Below are positions 10,054 through 19,316 of a stretch of DNA of 64,000 nucleotides, one piece after another. Within the stretch, counting starts at the first letter, position 1. Each line of letters starts with the position of its first letter. The translations under genes were made by a program, and so were the position numbers. Source of the stretch: Gammaproteobacteria bacterium (GTDB lineage Bacteria; Pseudomonadota; Gammaproteobacteria; Eutrophobiales; Eutrophobiaceae); the NCBI GenBank assembly GCA_965116495.1, contig OZ220696.1, forward strand, positions 416,001-480,000. The letters are read 5' to 3'. The notes beneath the pieces were generated by a model. It did no database searches. It was given only the letters and a program-made list of their open reading frames with translations, and had not been told where the DNA came from.

Positions 10054-11385
10054 ATGAGCATCAACCGGGCACTGTCCAGAAAAACAGGGGACAGGTTTCA
10101 AATCTGCCCCGGGTGGATTCCGGTAGTTCTGACGTTTCTCACGGCGTTTATCCTCACAGCCAATGCAGCCGGAATGACCGCCATCGTCGGCGGCACGGTG
10201 GTAGACCTGGAGGGCAAAGCGCCCATCGAAAATGCCGTTATCCTCGTTGAAGAGGACAGGATCGCGGCAATCGGTGAAGCCGGCAACGTAGAAATTCCTG
10301 ACGGAACCGAACAGATAGACGCCAGGGGCACCTGGCTGATCCCCGGCCTGATGAACATGCACGTCCACCTCGGCCTCGTTATGCCCGGCAGGATGACTGC
10401 TGAACTGTCCGATGAAAGTGAAGCGGCCCTGGCACTGCGCATGGCCGCGAACGCGCGGGAGACTCTGCAGGCCGGCGTCACCACCATCCGCTTGACAGGC
10501 AGCCGGGCCCATGCCGACCTGGCTCTGATGAGAGCGATAAACAAAGGCCAGGCCGATGGCCCGCGCATCTTCAGCGCCGGCGAAACGCTCACCATTACCG
10601 CGGGGCACGGTTCGAAAAAGCCGGGAAAGAAGAATTATGACGGCCCGGACGAATTGGTAAAAGCGGCGCGCACCCAGATCAGCGCCGGGGCTAAATGGCT
10701 CAAGATACTGATTTCGGGCGGAATAGCCACCGATGGCGGCGGTCTTGCCGCGGCATTGATGACTCCCGGGGAAATCCGGGCGGTAATCGACGCGGCGCAC
10801 CGTTTCGGCGTAAAGGTGACGGCCCACTCCGGTTCCCCGGCAGCTACTGACGTTGCTATCGATGCCGGGCTGGACTGCGTTGAACACGGTTATTTCCTGG
10901 ATCGTCCGACCCTGAAGAAAATGAAGGAACACGGAACCTGGCTGGTCCCGACCATCGTTGTCACCGCGCCTGAAACCCAACCGTTTTTTGAGCGGATGGG
11001 TATGCCCCCGTGGTACATGGAACGGCGTAATTCCGCCGGCAAGTTGCACTGGCAGGCACTTGAGATGGCCATTGAAGAAGGTGTCAGCATCGCCCTGGGC
11101 ACCGACCAGTTGCCTTTCGAACCCAATGACGGGACCACGGCAACCGCGCTCGAGGCGCAATATTACGTGGAAGCAGGCATGACGCCGCTGCAGGCCTTGC
11201 GCTCGGCAACCATAGAATCCGCCAGACTGTTGGAGGCCGAGGATGAGATTGGTTTCCTGAAACAGGGCAAGTACGCCGATATTGTTGCCGTTGACAAGGA
11301 TCCCACGGAAGACATCAAGGCATTGCGTAATATCCTGCTGGTGATGAAGGGCGGGAAGGTTTACCGTAATCTACTTAAACAGTAA
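10054..11385 (+). CDS. Exported amidohydrolase, tandem copy 2 (palindrome insertion in the signal peptide)
   Basis: Same motifs as copy 1, with 13 extra codons in the N-terminus. Confidence 0.92.
   Translation: MSINRALSRKTGDRFQICPGWIPVVLTFLTAFILTANAAGMTAIVGGTVVDLEGKAPIENAVILVEEDRIAAIGEAGNVEIPDGTEQIDARGTWLIPGLMNMHVHLGLVMPGRMTAELSDESEAALALRMAANARETLQAGVTTIRLTGSRAHADLALMRAINKGQADGPRIFSAGETLTITAGHGSKKPGKKNYDGPDELVKAARTQISAGAKWLKILISGGIATDGGGLAAALMTPGEIRAVIDAAHRFGVKVTAHSGSPAATDVAIDAGLDCVEHGYFLDRPTLKKMKEHGTWLVPTIVVTAPETQPFFERMGMPPWYMERRNSAGKLHWQALEMAIEEGVSIALGTDQLPFEPNDGTTATALEAQYYVEAGMTPLQALRSATIESARLLEAEDEIGFLKQGKYADIVAVDKDPTEDIKALRNILLVMKGGKVYRNLLKQ
10087..10110. repeat. GGGGAC-family palindrome, degenerate, inside a CDS
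   Basis: GGGGACAGGTTTCAAATCTGCCCC, translated as GDRFQICP. Confidence 0.7.
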
Positions 11386-11439
11386 GCGATCAAGCGTACA
11401 GAAACGGAGAGGACGCGATACTTGATGGAGGCGAATGAA

Positions 11440-12726
11440 ATGAGCATAAACCGGGTGCTGGTAAGAATTGTCTTTCTCATCTTACTCGCAGCAGTTGTCA
11501 TTACGGCGAATGCTACCGGCGTTACAGCCATTGTCGGCGGTACTGTTGTCGACCTGGACGGCAAAGCGCCGGTTGAAAACGCCGTTATTCTCGTGGATGG
11601 GGATCGGATCGCGGCAATAGGCGCAGCCGGCAACGTGAAAATTCCGGACGGCGCCAGGCAGATAGACACCAGCGGCACCTGGCTCATCCCCGGCCTGATG
11701 AACATGCACGTCCACCTGGGTCTCGTCCTGCCCGGCAAAATGAAGGCTGAATTGTCCGATGAAAGCGAGGCGGCGCTGGCGCTGCGCATGGCCATGAACG
11801 CGCGTGACAGCCTGCAGGCCGGCGTCACCACCATCCGTTTGACGGGTGACCGCGGCCATGCCGACTTGGACCTTATGCGGGCGATCAACAAGGGCCAGGC
11901 CGACGGGCCGCGCATATTCAGCGCCGGCGAAGAACTCACTATTACTGCAGGACATGGGTCGAAGTTGCCCGGCAAAACCAATTACGACGGCCCTGACCAA
12001 CTGGTGAAAGCGGCGCGTACGCAGATCAGCGCCGGGGCGAAGTGGCTCAAGATCCTCATATCGGGCGGCATAGCCACCGACAGCGGCGGGCTTGCCGAGG
12101 CGCTGATGACACCGGAAGAGATCCATGCGGTGATCGATGCGGGCCACCGGTTCGGCGCCAAGGTCACGGCCCACTCCGGTTCCCCGGCGGCGACACAGGT
12201 TGCCGTAGATGCCGGGCTTGACTGTGTGGAGCACGGTTATTTCCTGGATCGTCCCACCCTGAAGAAGATGAAGGAACACGGTACCTGGCTGGTGCCGACC
12301 ATCGTTGTCACCGCGCCTGGGACACGGCCGTTTTACCAGCGTATAGGATCCCCGCCGTGGTACCTGGAACGGCTTCATTCCACCGGCAAGGCGCACTGGC
12401 GGGCTCTTGAGATGGCCATTGAAGAAGGCGTGAATATTGCCCTGGGTACCGACCAGATGCCTGCCGAACCTAACGACGGGACCACGGCGACCGCGCGTGA
12501 GGCTCAGTACTACGTGGAGGCGGGCATGACGCCGTTGCAGGCGTTACGCTCTGCGACCATCGATACAGCGAGACTGCTCGAGGCGGAGGACGAGATCGGT
12601 TCCCTGGAAGCAGGCAAGTACGCCGATATTGTTGCCGTAGACAGGGACCCCACACAAGACATCAAGGCCTTGCGTCACATCCTTCTGGTAATGAAGGGTG
12701 GTAAGGTTTACCGCAACAAGTTGTAG
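11440..12726 (+). CDS. Exported amidohydrolase, tandem copy 3
   Basis: MSINRVL start with GGAGG RBS; same metal-ligand motifs. Confidence 0.92.
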   Translation: MSINRVLVRIVFLILLAAVVITANATGVTAIVGGTVVDLDGKAPVENAVILVDGDRIAAIGAAGNVKIPDGARQIDTSGTWLIPGLMNMHVHLGLVLPGKMKAELSDESEAALALRMAMNARDSLQAGVTTIRLTGDRGHADLDLMRAINKGQADGPRIFSAGEELTITAGHGSKLPGKTNYDGPDQLVKAARTQISAGAKWLKILISGGIATDSGGLAEALMTPEEIHAVIDAGHRFGAKVTAHSGSPAATQVAVDAGLDCVEHGYFLDRPTLKKMKEHGTWLVPTIVVTAPGTRPFYQRIGSPPWYLERLHSTGKAHWRALEMAIEEGVNIALGTDQMPAEPNDGTTATAREAQYYVEAGMTPLQALRSATIDTARLLEAEDEIGSLEAGKYADIVAVDRDPTQDIKALRHILLVMKGGKVYRNKL

Positions 12727-12738
12727 CGAAACATCGAA

Positions 12739-12763
12739 GGGGACGGATTTGAAATCCGTCCCC
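12739..12763. repeat. GGGGAC-family palindrome
   Basis: GGGGACGGATTT-G-AAATCCGTCCCC between copies 3 and 4. Confidence 0.85.
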
Positions 12764-12787
12764 GGGCACAGAAGGAGGGTTATTGAA

Positions 12788-14074
12788 ATGAGAAATACTC
12801 GGTTACGGTTCAGCGCTCTATTACTGATATTCCTTGCGCTATCTGTCCAGGCAGTTGATACGAATGTAGTTACCGCCATCGTCGGTGGCACAGTGGTGGA
12901 CCTGGAGGGTAAAGCGCCGATAGAAAACGCCGTTATTGTCGTCGAAGGGGAACGGATAGCGACAATCGGTCCAGCCGGAAGTGTGGAAATTCCTGATAGC
13001 GCTGAGCAGATAGACGTCAAGGGCGCCTGGCTGATCCCCGGCCTGATGAACATGCACGTTCACCTTGGTCTGGTTCTGCCCGGCAAGATGAAGGCCGAAC
13101 TGCACAATGAAAGCGAAGCGGCGCTGGCGTTGCGCATGGCAATGAACGCGCGTGAGAGCCTGCAAGCCGGCGTTACAACCATTCGTTTGACGGGAGATCT
13201 GCATCAGGCCGACCTGGCCCTGATGCGGGCGATAAACAAGGGTCAGGCGGACGGACCGCGTATCTTCAGCGCCGGCCAAGCGCTTACGATAGTCGCAGGT
13301 CATGGGTCGAAAAAGGAAGGCAGAAAAAAATTCAGCGGGCCTGACGAACTGGTAAAAGGAGCCCGTACCCAGATCAGCGCCGGGGCCAAGTGGATCAAGA
13401 TAGCGATTTCCGGGGGTATAGCCACAGACGGCGGCGGTCTTGCCGAAGCATTGATGATGCCCGAGGAAATCCAGGCGGTGATCGACGCGGCCCACCGTTT
13501 CGGCGTAAAGGTGACGGCCCACTCCGGCTCCCCGGTTGCGACAAGCATTGCCGTAGACTACGGGCTTGATTGCGTGGAACACGGTTATTTCCTGGATCGT
13601 CCCACCCTGAAGAAGATGAAGGAACACGGTACCTGGCTGGTGCCGACCATCGTCGTCAGCCAACCGGCCACGGCGCCGTTTTTTGAGCGGATTGGCTCTC
13701 CGCCCTGGTACCTGAAACGGCGCGATTCCGCGGGCAAGGCCCACTGGAAGGCGCTTCAGATGGCCATCGAGGAAGGTGTGAATATCGCCCTGGGCACCGA
13801 CCAGATGCCTGCCGAACCCAATGACGGCACCACCGCGACCGCCCGCGAGGCCCAATACTACGTGGAAGCGGGCATGACCCCGCTGCAGGCGTTGCGCTCC
13901 GCCACCGTAGAAACCGCCAGGATGCTGGAAGCCGGGGATGAGACAGGCACGCTGGAACAGGGTAAATATGCCGATATCGTGGCTGTGGACAGGGACCCGA
14001 CGCAGGACATCAAGGCGCTGCGCAATATCCTGCTGGTGATGAAAGGCGGCAAGGTCTACCGTAACAAGTTGTAG
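12788..14074 (+). CDS. Exported amidohydrolase, tandem copy 4
   Basis: MRNTRLRF start with AGGAGG RBS; same motifs but a different signal peptide. Confidence 0.92.
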   Translation: MRNTRLRFSALLLIFLALSVQAVDTNVVTAIVGGTVVDLEGKAPIENAVIVVEGERIATIGPAGSVEIPDSAEQIDVKGAWLIPGLMNMHVHLGLVLPGKMKAELHNESEAALALRMAMNARESLQAGVTTIRLTGDLHQADLALMRAINKGQADGPRIFSAGQALTIVAGHGSKKEGRKKFSGPDELVKGARTQISAGAKWIKIAISGGIATDGGGLAEALMMPEEIQAVIDAAHRFGVKVTAHSGSPVATSIAVDYGLDCVEHGYFLDRPTLKKMKEHGTWLVPTIVVSQPATAPFFERIGSPPWYLKRRDSAGKAHWKALQMAIEEGVNIALGTDQMPAEPNDGTTATAREAQYYVEAGMTPLQALRSATVETARMLEAGDETGTLEQGKYADIVAVDRDPTQDIKALRNILLVMKGGKVYRNKL

Positions 14075-14088
14075 CAACAAGCGATTCA

Positions 14089-14112
14089 GGGGACGGATTT
14101 AAATCCGTCCCC
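14089..14112. repeat. GGGGAC-family palindrome
   Basis: Perfect 24-bp palindrome GGGGACGGATTTAAATCCGTCCCC. Confidence 0.85.
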
Positions 14113-14139
14113 CGGTTATGCGGTGATGTCCAATCAGGT

Positions 14140-14262
14140 TCAAAAATTAAACTTGACGCCGCCGCCGTAGGACGCGGGCCTGCTCGGCTTGCTCAGGTGG
14201 ATGCCGGGACCGAATACGTCGGTGCCCATCGCGGTAGACTGCTGTTCATCCGGCACATTCTT
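14140..14262 (-). pseudogene. C-terminal remnant of a TonB-dependent receptor
   Basis: Translates NVPDEQQSTAMGTDVFGPGIHLSKPSRPASYGGGVKFNF-stop, matching the N..DE...P..YG..V.xxF barrel terminus. No upstream gene body. Confidence 0.65.
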
Positions 14263-14308
14263 TATTTTAGCTGATATATTATGCAAATATAGAAGGCATA
14301 ACCCGATT

Positions 14309-15487
14309 ATGATATCAATACTTAACAACTGCAGCGTCCTGGATGTGGAAAGCGGCGCCATAACCGAAGCGGCAATTACTGTCAGTGACGGTGAAATCCA
14401 TTCCATTGGCGAGGGGGTTGAACAGGACGGAAGTTGCCAGGTTATCGATATGCAAGGCGCCTGCCTGTTGCCGGGCCTGATCAGTTGCCATACACACCTG
14501 ACCATTGTATTTCCATTTAGTTTGAGCGACCCGGGGGAAGACGCGGCAATGTCGGCTTATCGCGCCTACAGCAGGGGGCAGGACGCATTGCAGGCCGGGG
14601 TGACCACCGTTCGCACGGTGGGCGAACTGAACCGCGCCGACATAGCGTTGCGTAAATCTATCGCTGAAGGCTGGGTAACCGGCCCGCGCATCTATTCTGC
14701 GGGGCTGGGCGTTTCCGTTACCGGCGGCCACGGTCACGGGTTTACGGCGGAGGCGGACGGCGCGGACGATTTCAGGAAAAAATGCCGGGAGGACTTACTG
14801 GCCGGGGCAGACCATATAAAAATCTTCATGACCGGGGGCATAGCGCAAAAGGATGAAACCTTCTCCGAATCGCAAATGTCGGACGAGGAGATCCGGGCCA
14901 CAGTCGAGGTCGCCAGGAGCAAGGGGACTTACGTGTGTGCCCACGTGGGAGATTCCGAGCCCATCATGAAAGGAGTCAGGGCAGGGGTGCGCTCATTTGA
15001 ACATGCCTATAACCTGGATTTCTCCACGGCCTCGGCCATCAGGGAAGCCGGCGGTTATATTGTGCCTACGCTCGGCGTGACTCGCTCCAGGGACTGGATG
15101 CGCAGACACGGGTTTGAAGAATGGACAATCTGCAAGGCCGTAGCCGCGGCCTCGGACCACTTGGAAAGCATCAGGACTGCGGTCAGGGCAGGCGTTACCC
15201 TGGTGAACGGGACGGACATTCCACCCGGTGACACGGATGATGGCGCGCCGGTCGCGGTGCGTGAAATGGAACATTGCCTGGAGGCAGGTTTAAGCCCCCT
15301 GCAGGTCATCCAGACAGCCACAGTCAATGCGGCGGCATTGATTAATGACGAAAAACTGGGAGTAATCAAGCCTGGGGCGAAGGCCGATTTAATTGCGACA
15401 CCCGGCAATCCTATGGAAGATATCAGCCGGTTGAGGGAAATATTTTTTGTTATGCAGGGCGGCAGGATAATCAGGGATGACCGTTAA
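14309..15487 (+). CDS. Cytoplasmic metal-dependent amidohydrolase (divergent from the tandem array)
   Basis: PGLISCHTH, HIK, CAH, EHA, GTD; no signal peptide. Stop overlaps the next start (TAATG). Confidence 0.9.
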   Translation: MISILNNCSVLDVESGAITEAAITVSDGEIHSIGEGVEQDGSCQVIDMQGACLLPGLISCHTHLTIVFPFSLSDPGEDAAMSAYRAYSRGQDALQAGVTTVRTVGELNRADIALRKSIAEGWVTGPRIYSAGLGVSVTGGHGHGFTAEADGADDFRKKCREDLLAGADHIKIFMTGGIAQKDETFSESQMSDEEIRATVEVARSKGTYVCAHVGDSEPIMKGVRAGVRSFEHAYNLDFSTASAIREAGGYIVPTLGVTRSRDWMRRHGFEEWTICKAVAAASDHLESIRTAVRAGVTLVNGTDIPPGDTDDGAPVAVREMEHCLEAGLSPLQVIQTATVNAAALINDEKLGVIKPGAKADLIATPGNPMEDISRLREIFFVMQGGRIIRDDR

Positions 15488-17523
15488 TGGGCTCATATAA
15501 CCTGGGCATCGATATTGGCGGGACATTCATCGACGCAATCCTGTTTGATGGCAAGACAGGCGAGACCAGGCTGGAAAAGGCGCCGACTGTTCCTCAAAAC
15601 CCGTCTTCCGGTGTGCTGCGTGCCGTTGACAAGCTGGGGATTGACCTCGGTGAAGTCGGCACGATCGTTCACGGCACAACCCTGGGTCTCAATGCCGTGC
15701 TCGAACGGCGCGGTGCAAGCGTTGGAATAGTCACCACGGAGGGTTTCCGGGATATCCTCGAACTGGGTAGGGGCGACCTGCCCGCAGATCACATGTATGA
15801 CATGCATTACCGGCGCCCGGAACCCCTGGTGCAAAGGCGCCGGATTGCCGGTGTCCCTGAACGGCTCAATGTGGACGGCAAGGTAGATGTCAGACTGGAT
15901 GGAGATGCAGTGGTCAATGCCGTCAACCATCTGGTGCATAAGCAGGATGTTTCCTCAATGGCTATCTGTTGTCTGCACTCATACAGAAATCCCGAACATG
16001 AACGGCAAATTGCTGCAATCGCGCGCGAACTGTTCCCTGACATATGGTTATCGGTTTCCCATGAGGTTGTGCGTGAATACCGCGAGTATGAGCGTACCTG
16101 CACCACCGTTCTGGATGCCTACATCCGGCCCATTTTCGAGAGATACATAGACGATCTTTACTCGGACCTGGCAGACAAGGGATTTACCGGAAGATTCCTG
16201 GTGATGCGCAGCAGTGGTGGGGCAATGACGGCGCAGGCGGCAAAACAACGACCCCTGGACAGTGTGATGTCGGGTCCTGCCGGCGGCATCATCGGCGCCT
16301 CATACCTGGCACAACAATTGCGGCTGGACCGTGTACTGACCATGGACTTCGGCGGCACCAGCCTGGATACCTGCGTTATCGAGAATGCCGCACCGGACGT
16401 GATCCATGAAACTCGGTTGCAGCACATGCCGGTGTTAATCCCAACTTTTGATATCCGTTGCCTGGGCGCAGGCGGTGGTTCTATCGCCTGGCTGGAGGAA
16501 GGCATGCTCAGGCTCGGGCCGCAAAGCGCAGGCGCCGAACCCGGACCCATCGCGTACGGCCGGGGCGGGAAGGAGCCGACGTTGACGGACGCGGCCCTGG
16601 TACTGGGGTATATCGACCCGGACAATTTTCTGAATGGAGAACTGCCGCTCTACATGACCGAAGCGCGCAAGGGACTGGAATCCGAAATAGCCACGCCCAT
16701 GGGAGCTGATGCCCTGGAAGCCGCTGCGGGAATTTTCTCCGTGCTGGTCGCGCAGACGGAAGGCGCAGTCCGTGAAATTACGATAGAGCAGGGTAAGGAT
16801 CCGAAGGAATTCTCGATACTTGCATTCGGCGGAGCCGGACCGCTGGTTGCGCCGTTGCTGGCATTGGAAATGGGTATACCCAGCACGATCATCCCAAACG
16901 TACCGGCTGTATTCTCTGCATGGGGGATGTTGATGGCGGACCTGGCGACGGACGTTGCGCGGACGTATATTGTCGAATTGGAAGAGTCACAATTGCCGGG
17001 GATTGCCGAACTGTTTCAGGTACTGGAACAAGAAGCATCGTCAAGCCTGACACAGCAGGGAGTGGAGACGGATAAGCAAGCCATGGTGAGGTACATGGAA
17101 ATGCGCTACCTGGGTCAGGAGCATACACTGAAACTGGAGGTGCAGGGCATGCCTGCGTATGAGGCTATGCGTTCCCTGTTTGACTCCGCCCATGAACAGC
17201 GCTACGGACACAGGACGGAACAGCCCCTGGAACTTGTGAACCTGCGCGTGACTGGTCTCGGGCGTGTCGCCAAACCCGGACTGGCAAGGCAATCGGCCAC
17301 AACCTCAACCGGGTCTTTCGAAAACGTATCTGGAACGCGCAAGGCCTATTGTTTCAGGGATAGGAAGATGAAAGTATTTCAACTTGTCGAACGGCACAGA
17401 CTGGTTCCCGGAGACTGTATTTCCGGCCCGGCGATCATTGATGAAGGAACGTCGACCACGGTTATATATACCGGCCAGGTCTGCACGCTTGACGATTTCG
17501 GGCACCTGTTAATCACCACGTAG
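15487..17523 (+). CDS. Hydantoinase/oxoprolinase A subunit (HyuA-like, ATP-binding)
   Basis: GIDIGGTFID, HGTT, SGPAGG, DFGGTS, GAGGGS, AFGGAG. Confidence 0.93.
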   Translation: MGSYNLGIDIGGTFIDAILFDGKTGETRLEKAPTVPQNPSSGVLRAVDKLGIDLGEVGTIVHGTTLGLNAVLERRGASVGIVTTEGFRDILELGRGDLPADHMYDMHYRRPEPLVQRRRIAGVPERLNVDGKVDVRLDGDAVVNAVNHLVHKQDVSSMAICCLHSYRNPEHERQIAAIARELFPDIWLSVSHEVVREYREYERTCTTVLDAYIRPIFERYIDDLYSDLADKGFTGRFLVMRSSGGAMTAQAAKQRPLDSVMSGPAGGIIGASYLAQQLRLDRVLTMDFGGTSLDTCVIENAAPDVIHETRLQHMPVLIPTFDIRCLGAGGGSIAWLEEGMLRLGPQSAGAEPGPIAYGRGGKEPTLTDAALVLGYIDPDNFLNGELPLYMTEARKGLESEIATPMGADALEAAAGIFSVLVAQTEGAVREITIEQGKDPKEFSILAFGGAGPLVAPLLALEMGIPSTIIPNVPAVFSAWGMLMADLATDVARTYIVELEESQLPGIAELFQVLEQEASSSLTQQGVETDKQAMVRYMEMRYLGQEHTLKLEVQGMPAYEAMRSLFDSAHEQRYGHRTEQPLELVNLRVTGLGRVAKPGLARQSATTSTGSFENVSGTRKAYCFRDRKMKVFQLVERHRLVPGDCISGPAIIDEGTSTTVIYTGQVCTLDDFGHLLITT

Positions 17524-17534
17524 GGTTTAACCTG

Positions 17535-19247
17535 ATGGATAGCGCAACGATCGGAGTCATCCATAGTTACCTGTGTTCAGCGGCGGAAGAAATGCGGCGT
17601 ACCTTGATTCGCACTGCATTCAGCCCCGTCATTTACGAAGTGCTGGACTTCGGGATTTCCATATACAGTAGCGATCTCGACCTAATTGCCGATGCGCCGG
17701 GACTTGCGTTCTTTCTCGGCGCCAATGATTATGCCGTGAAAACCGGCATAGAGCGGGTTGGAGTCGACAACCTGGAACCTGGCGATATCATCGCCCTGAA
17801 TTACCCGTACTGGAGTTCGGCCCATGCCGCGGACGTAGCTCTGTTTGCCCCTGTGTTTGACGATGGAGAGGACAGGCCTTTCGCCTATACCTGTATCCGC
17901 GCGCACTGGCTCGATATGGGCGCCAAGGACCCTGGCTACGTGCTTGATTCAACCGATATTCACCAGGAAGGGTTGATACTGCCGGCAGTCAAGGTCTACA
18001 AGCGCGGTAAGCCGGACAAGGAACTGCTTGATGTCATCCGCTTCAATTCCCGCATGCCGGAGAACGTCCTGGGGGACCTGGAGGCACAGGTGGCGGCGAC
18101 ACAGACGGGTATCGATCGCCTGAAACAGGTGCGCAGGAAATTCGGTGGTGACGTCCTGGCCCGGGCGATCACCGGCATACTCGATTACGGGGAGAGGATC
18201 ACGAGAAAAGCATTGAAAGAAATTCCCAACGGCAGCTGGACAGCCGAGGACTACGTGGATGATGACGGTATCGATGATGAAATTATCCCGTTGCGGGTCA
18301 GGGTTACCGTGAAAAATGACAGGTTTATCGTGGATTTCAGCGAATCTCCAGGTGCCGCGGTCGGGCCGGTCAACATTCCTTTTGGTCTTACTCAGACAAT
18401 AGGCAAGGTGGTACTGAAAATGCTGACGGCGCCGAACCATCCTAGCAACGCCGGATGTTTCCGTCCCCTTGAAGTCATCGCGCCTCCCGGCAACCTGTTC
18501 CATGCGGTTTATCCTGCCGCAACATATACACTATGGCCGGCGATGGTGGCCCTGGAACTGGTTTTGAAAGCACTGTCAGTGGCGATGCCAGACAGGATCC
18601 CTGCCTGTTCGGGCGGGGATGTTCCTGGGTTTATGATGTACGGTAAGGAACCGGCAAGCGGCCGGCCCTATGCGATCAGCAATAATGAACCGGTGGGGTG
18701 GGGCGCCGCGGCTGGCCATGACGGCGCCAATGCGCATAATCATGTCTCCACGACCATGGTGCGCAACACTCCTATCGAAGTCATGGAAGCAAAAACGGGC
18801 ATGCAGTTTGACCGCGTCGAATTGCGCTGTGATAGCGGCGGCGGCGGTAAATTCAGGGGCGGCCTGGGAATTTACCGGGACATCCGGTTTGTCTGGCCGG
18901 GACATTTCCTGTCCATCACCAAAAAAAGTAAAACGTCTCCCTGGTCACTGGAAGGAGGTCACAGACCGCAACCGAATGAGTTTCATGTGTTTCCGGATAC
19001 GGCGCGGAACACTAAGGTAGGCACGTACAGGACCGCTGTCTCCCCGGGCGAACATATCCTCAGCGTTTCTGCTGGAGGAGGGGGTCACGGCAATCCAGGG
19101 CTAAGGGATCCCGGCCTGGTCCTCAATGACGTGCTGGATGGTTACGTATCCGTTGAGGCCGCGGAGGAAATCTACAAGGTTGTCATAAAGGACGGGAAGG
19201 TCGATACGCGGGCGACGTCTGCACTGCGGAAAACAACCGGTGATTGA
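17535..19247 (+). CDS. Hydantoinase B/oxoprolinase subunit (HyuB-like)
   Basis: RTAFSPVIYEVLD, HAAD, HWLD, GxFRGG, GGGGHG.P. Confidence 0.93.
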   Translation: MDSATIGVIHSYLCSAAEEMRRTLIRTAFSPVIYEVLDFGISIYSSDLDLIADAPGLAFFLGANDYAVKTGIERVGVDNLEPGDIIALNYPYWSSAHAADVALFAPVFDDGEDRPFAYTCIRAHWLDMGAKDPGYVLDSTDIHQEGLILPAVKVYKRGKPDKELLDVIRFNSRMPENVLGDLEAQVAATQTGIDRLKQVRRKFGGDVLARAITGILDYGERITRKALKEIPNGSWTAEDYVDDDGIDDEIIPLRVRVTVKNDRFIVDFSESPGAAVGPVNIPFGLTQTIGKVVLKMLTAPNHPSNAGCFRPLEVIAPPGNLFHAVYPAATYTLWPAMVALELVLKALSVAMPDRIPACSGGDVPGFMMYGKEPASGRPYAISNNEPVGWGAAAGHDGANAHNHVSTTMVRNTPIEVMEAKTGMQFDRVELRCDSGGGGKFRGGLGIYRDIRFVWPGHFLSITKKSKTSPWSLEGGHRPQPNEFHVFPDTARNTKVGTYRTAVSPGEHILSVSAGGGGHGNPGLRDPGLVLNDVLDGYVSVEAAEEIYKVVIKDGKVDTRATSALRKTTGD

Positions 19248-19316
19248 CCTGATGTTTCCCGAAAGAATGTGCTGCACCGGGGACAGGTGTCCCTGATGCC
19301 CGTATCAGGATAAGGG

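Noticed and set aside
8687-14074. Possible diversity-generating retroelement or assembly duplication behind the array
   Set aside because: There is no reverse transcriptase or template repeat, and differences are spread over all bases with many synonymous changes. The copies are too diverged for a simple duplicated contig.
10039-14080. Long antisense ORFs (373, 304 and 413 aa) repeated across the amidohydrolase array
   Set aside because: They are mirror frames of GC-biased coding genes, recur only because the sense genes are paralogs, and show no family motifs.
12739-14112. Palindromic repeats as a CRISPR array or integron attC sites
   Set aside because: The copies are kilobases apart with no spacers or cas genes, and they lack RYYYAAC/GTTRRRY ends and an integrase.
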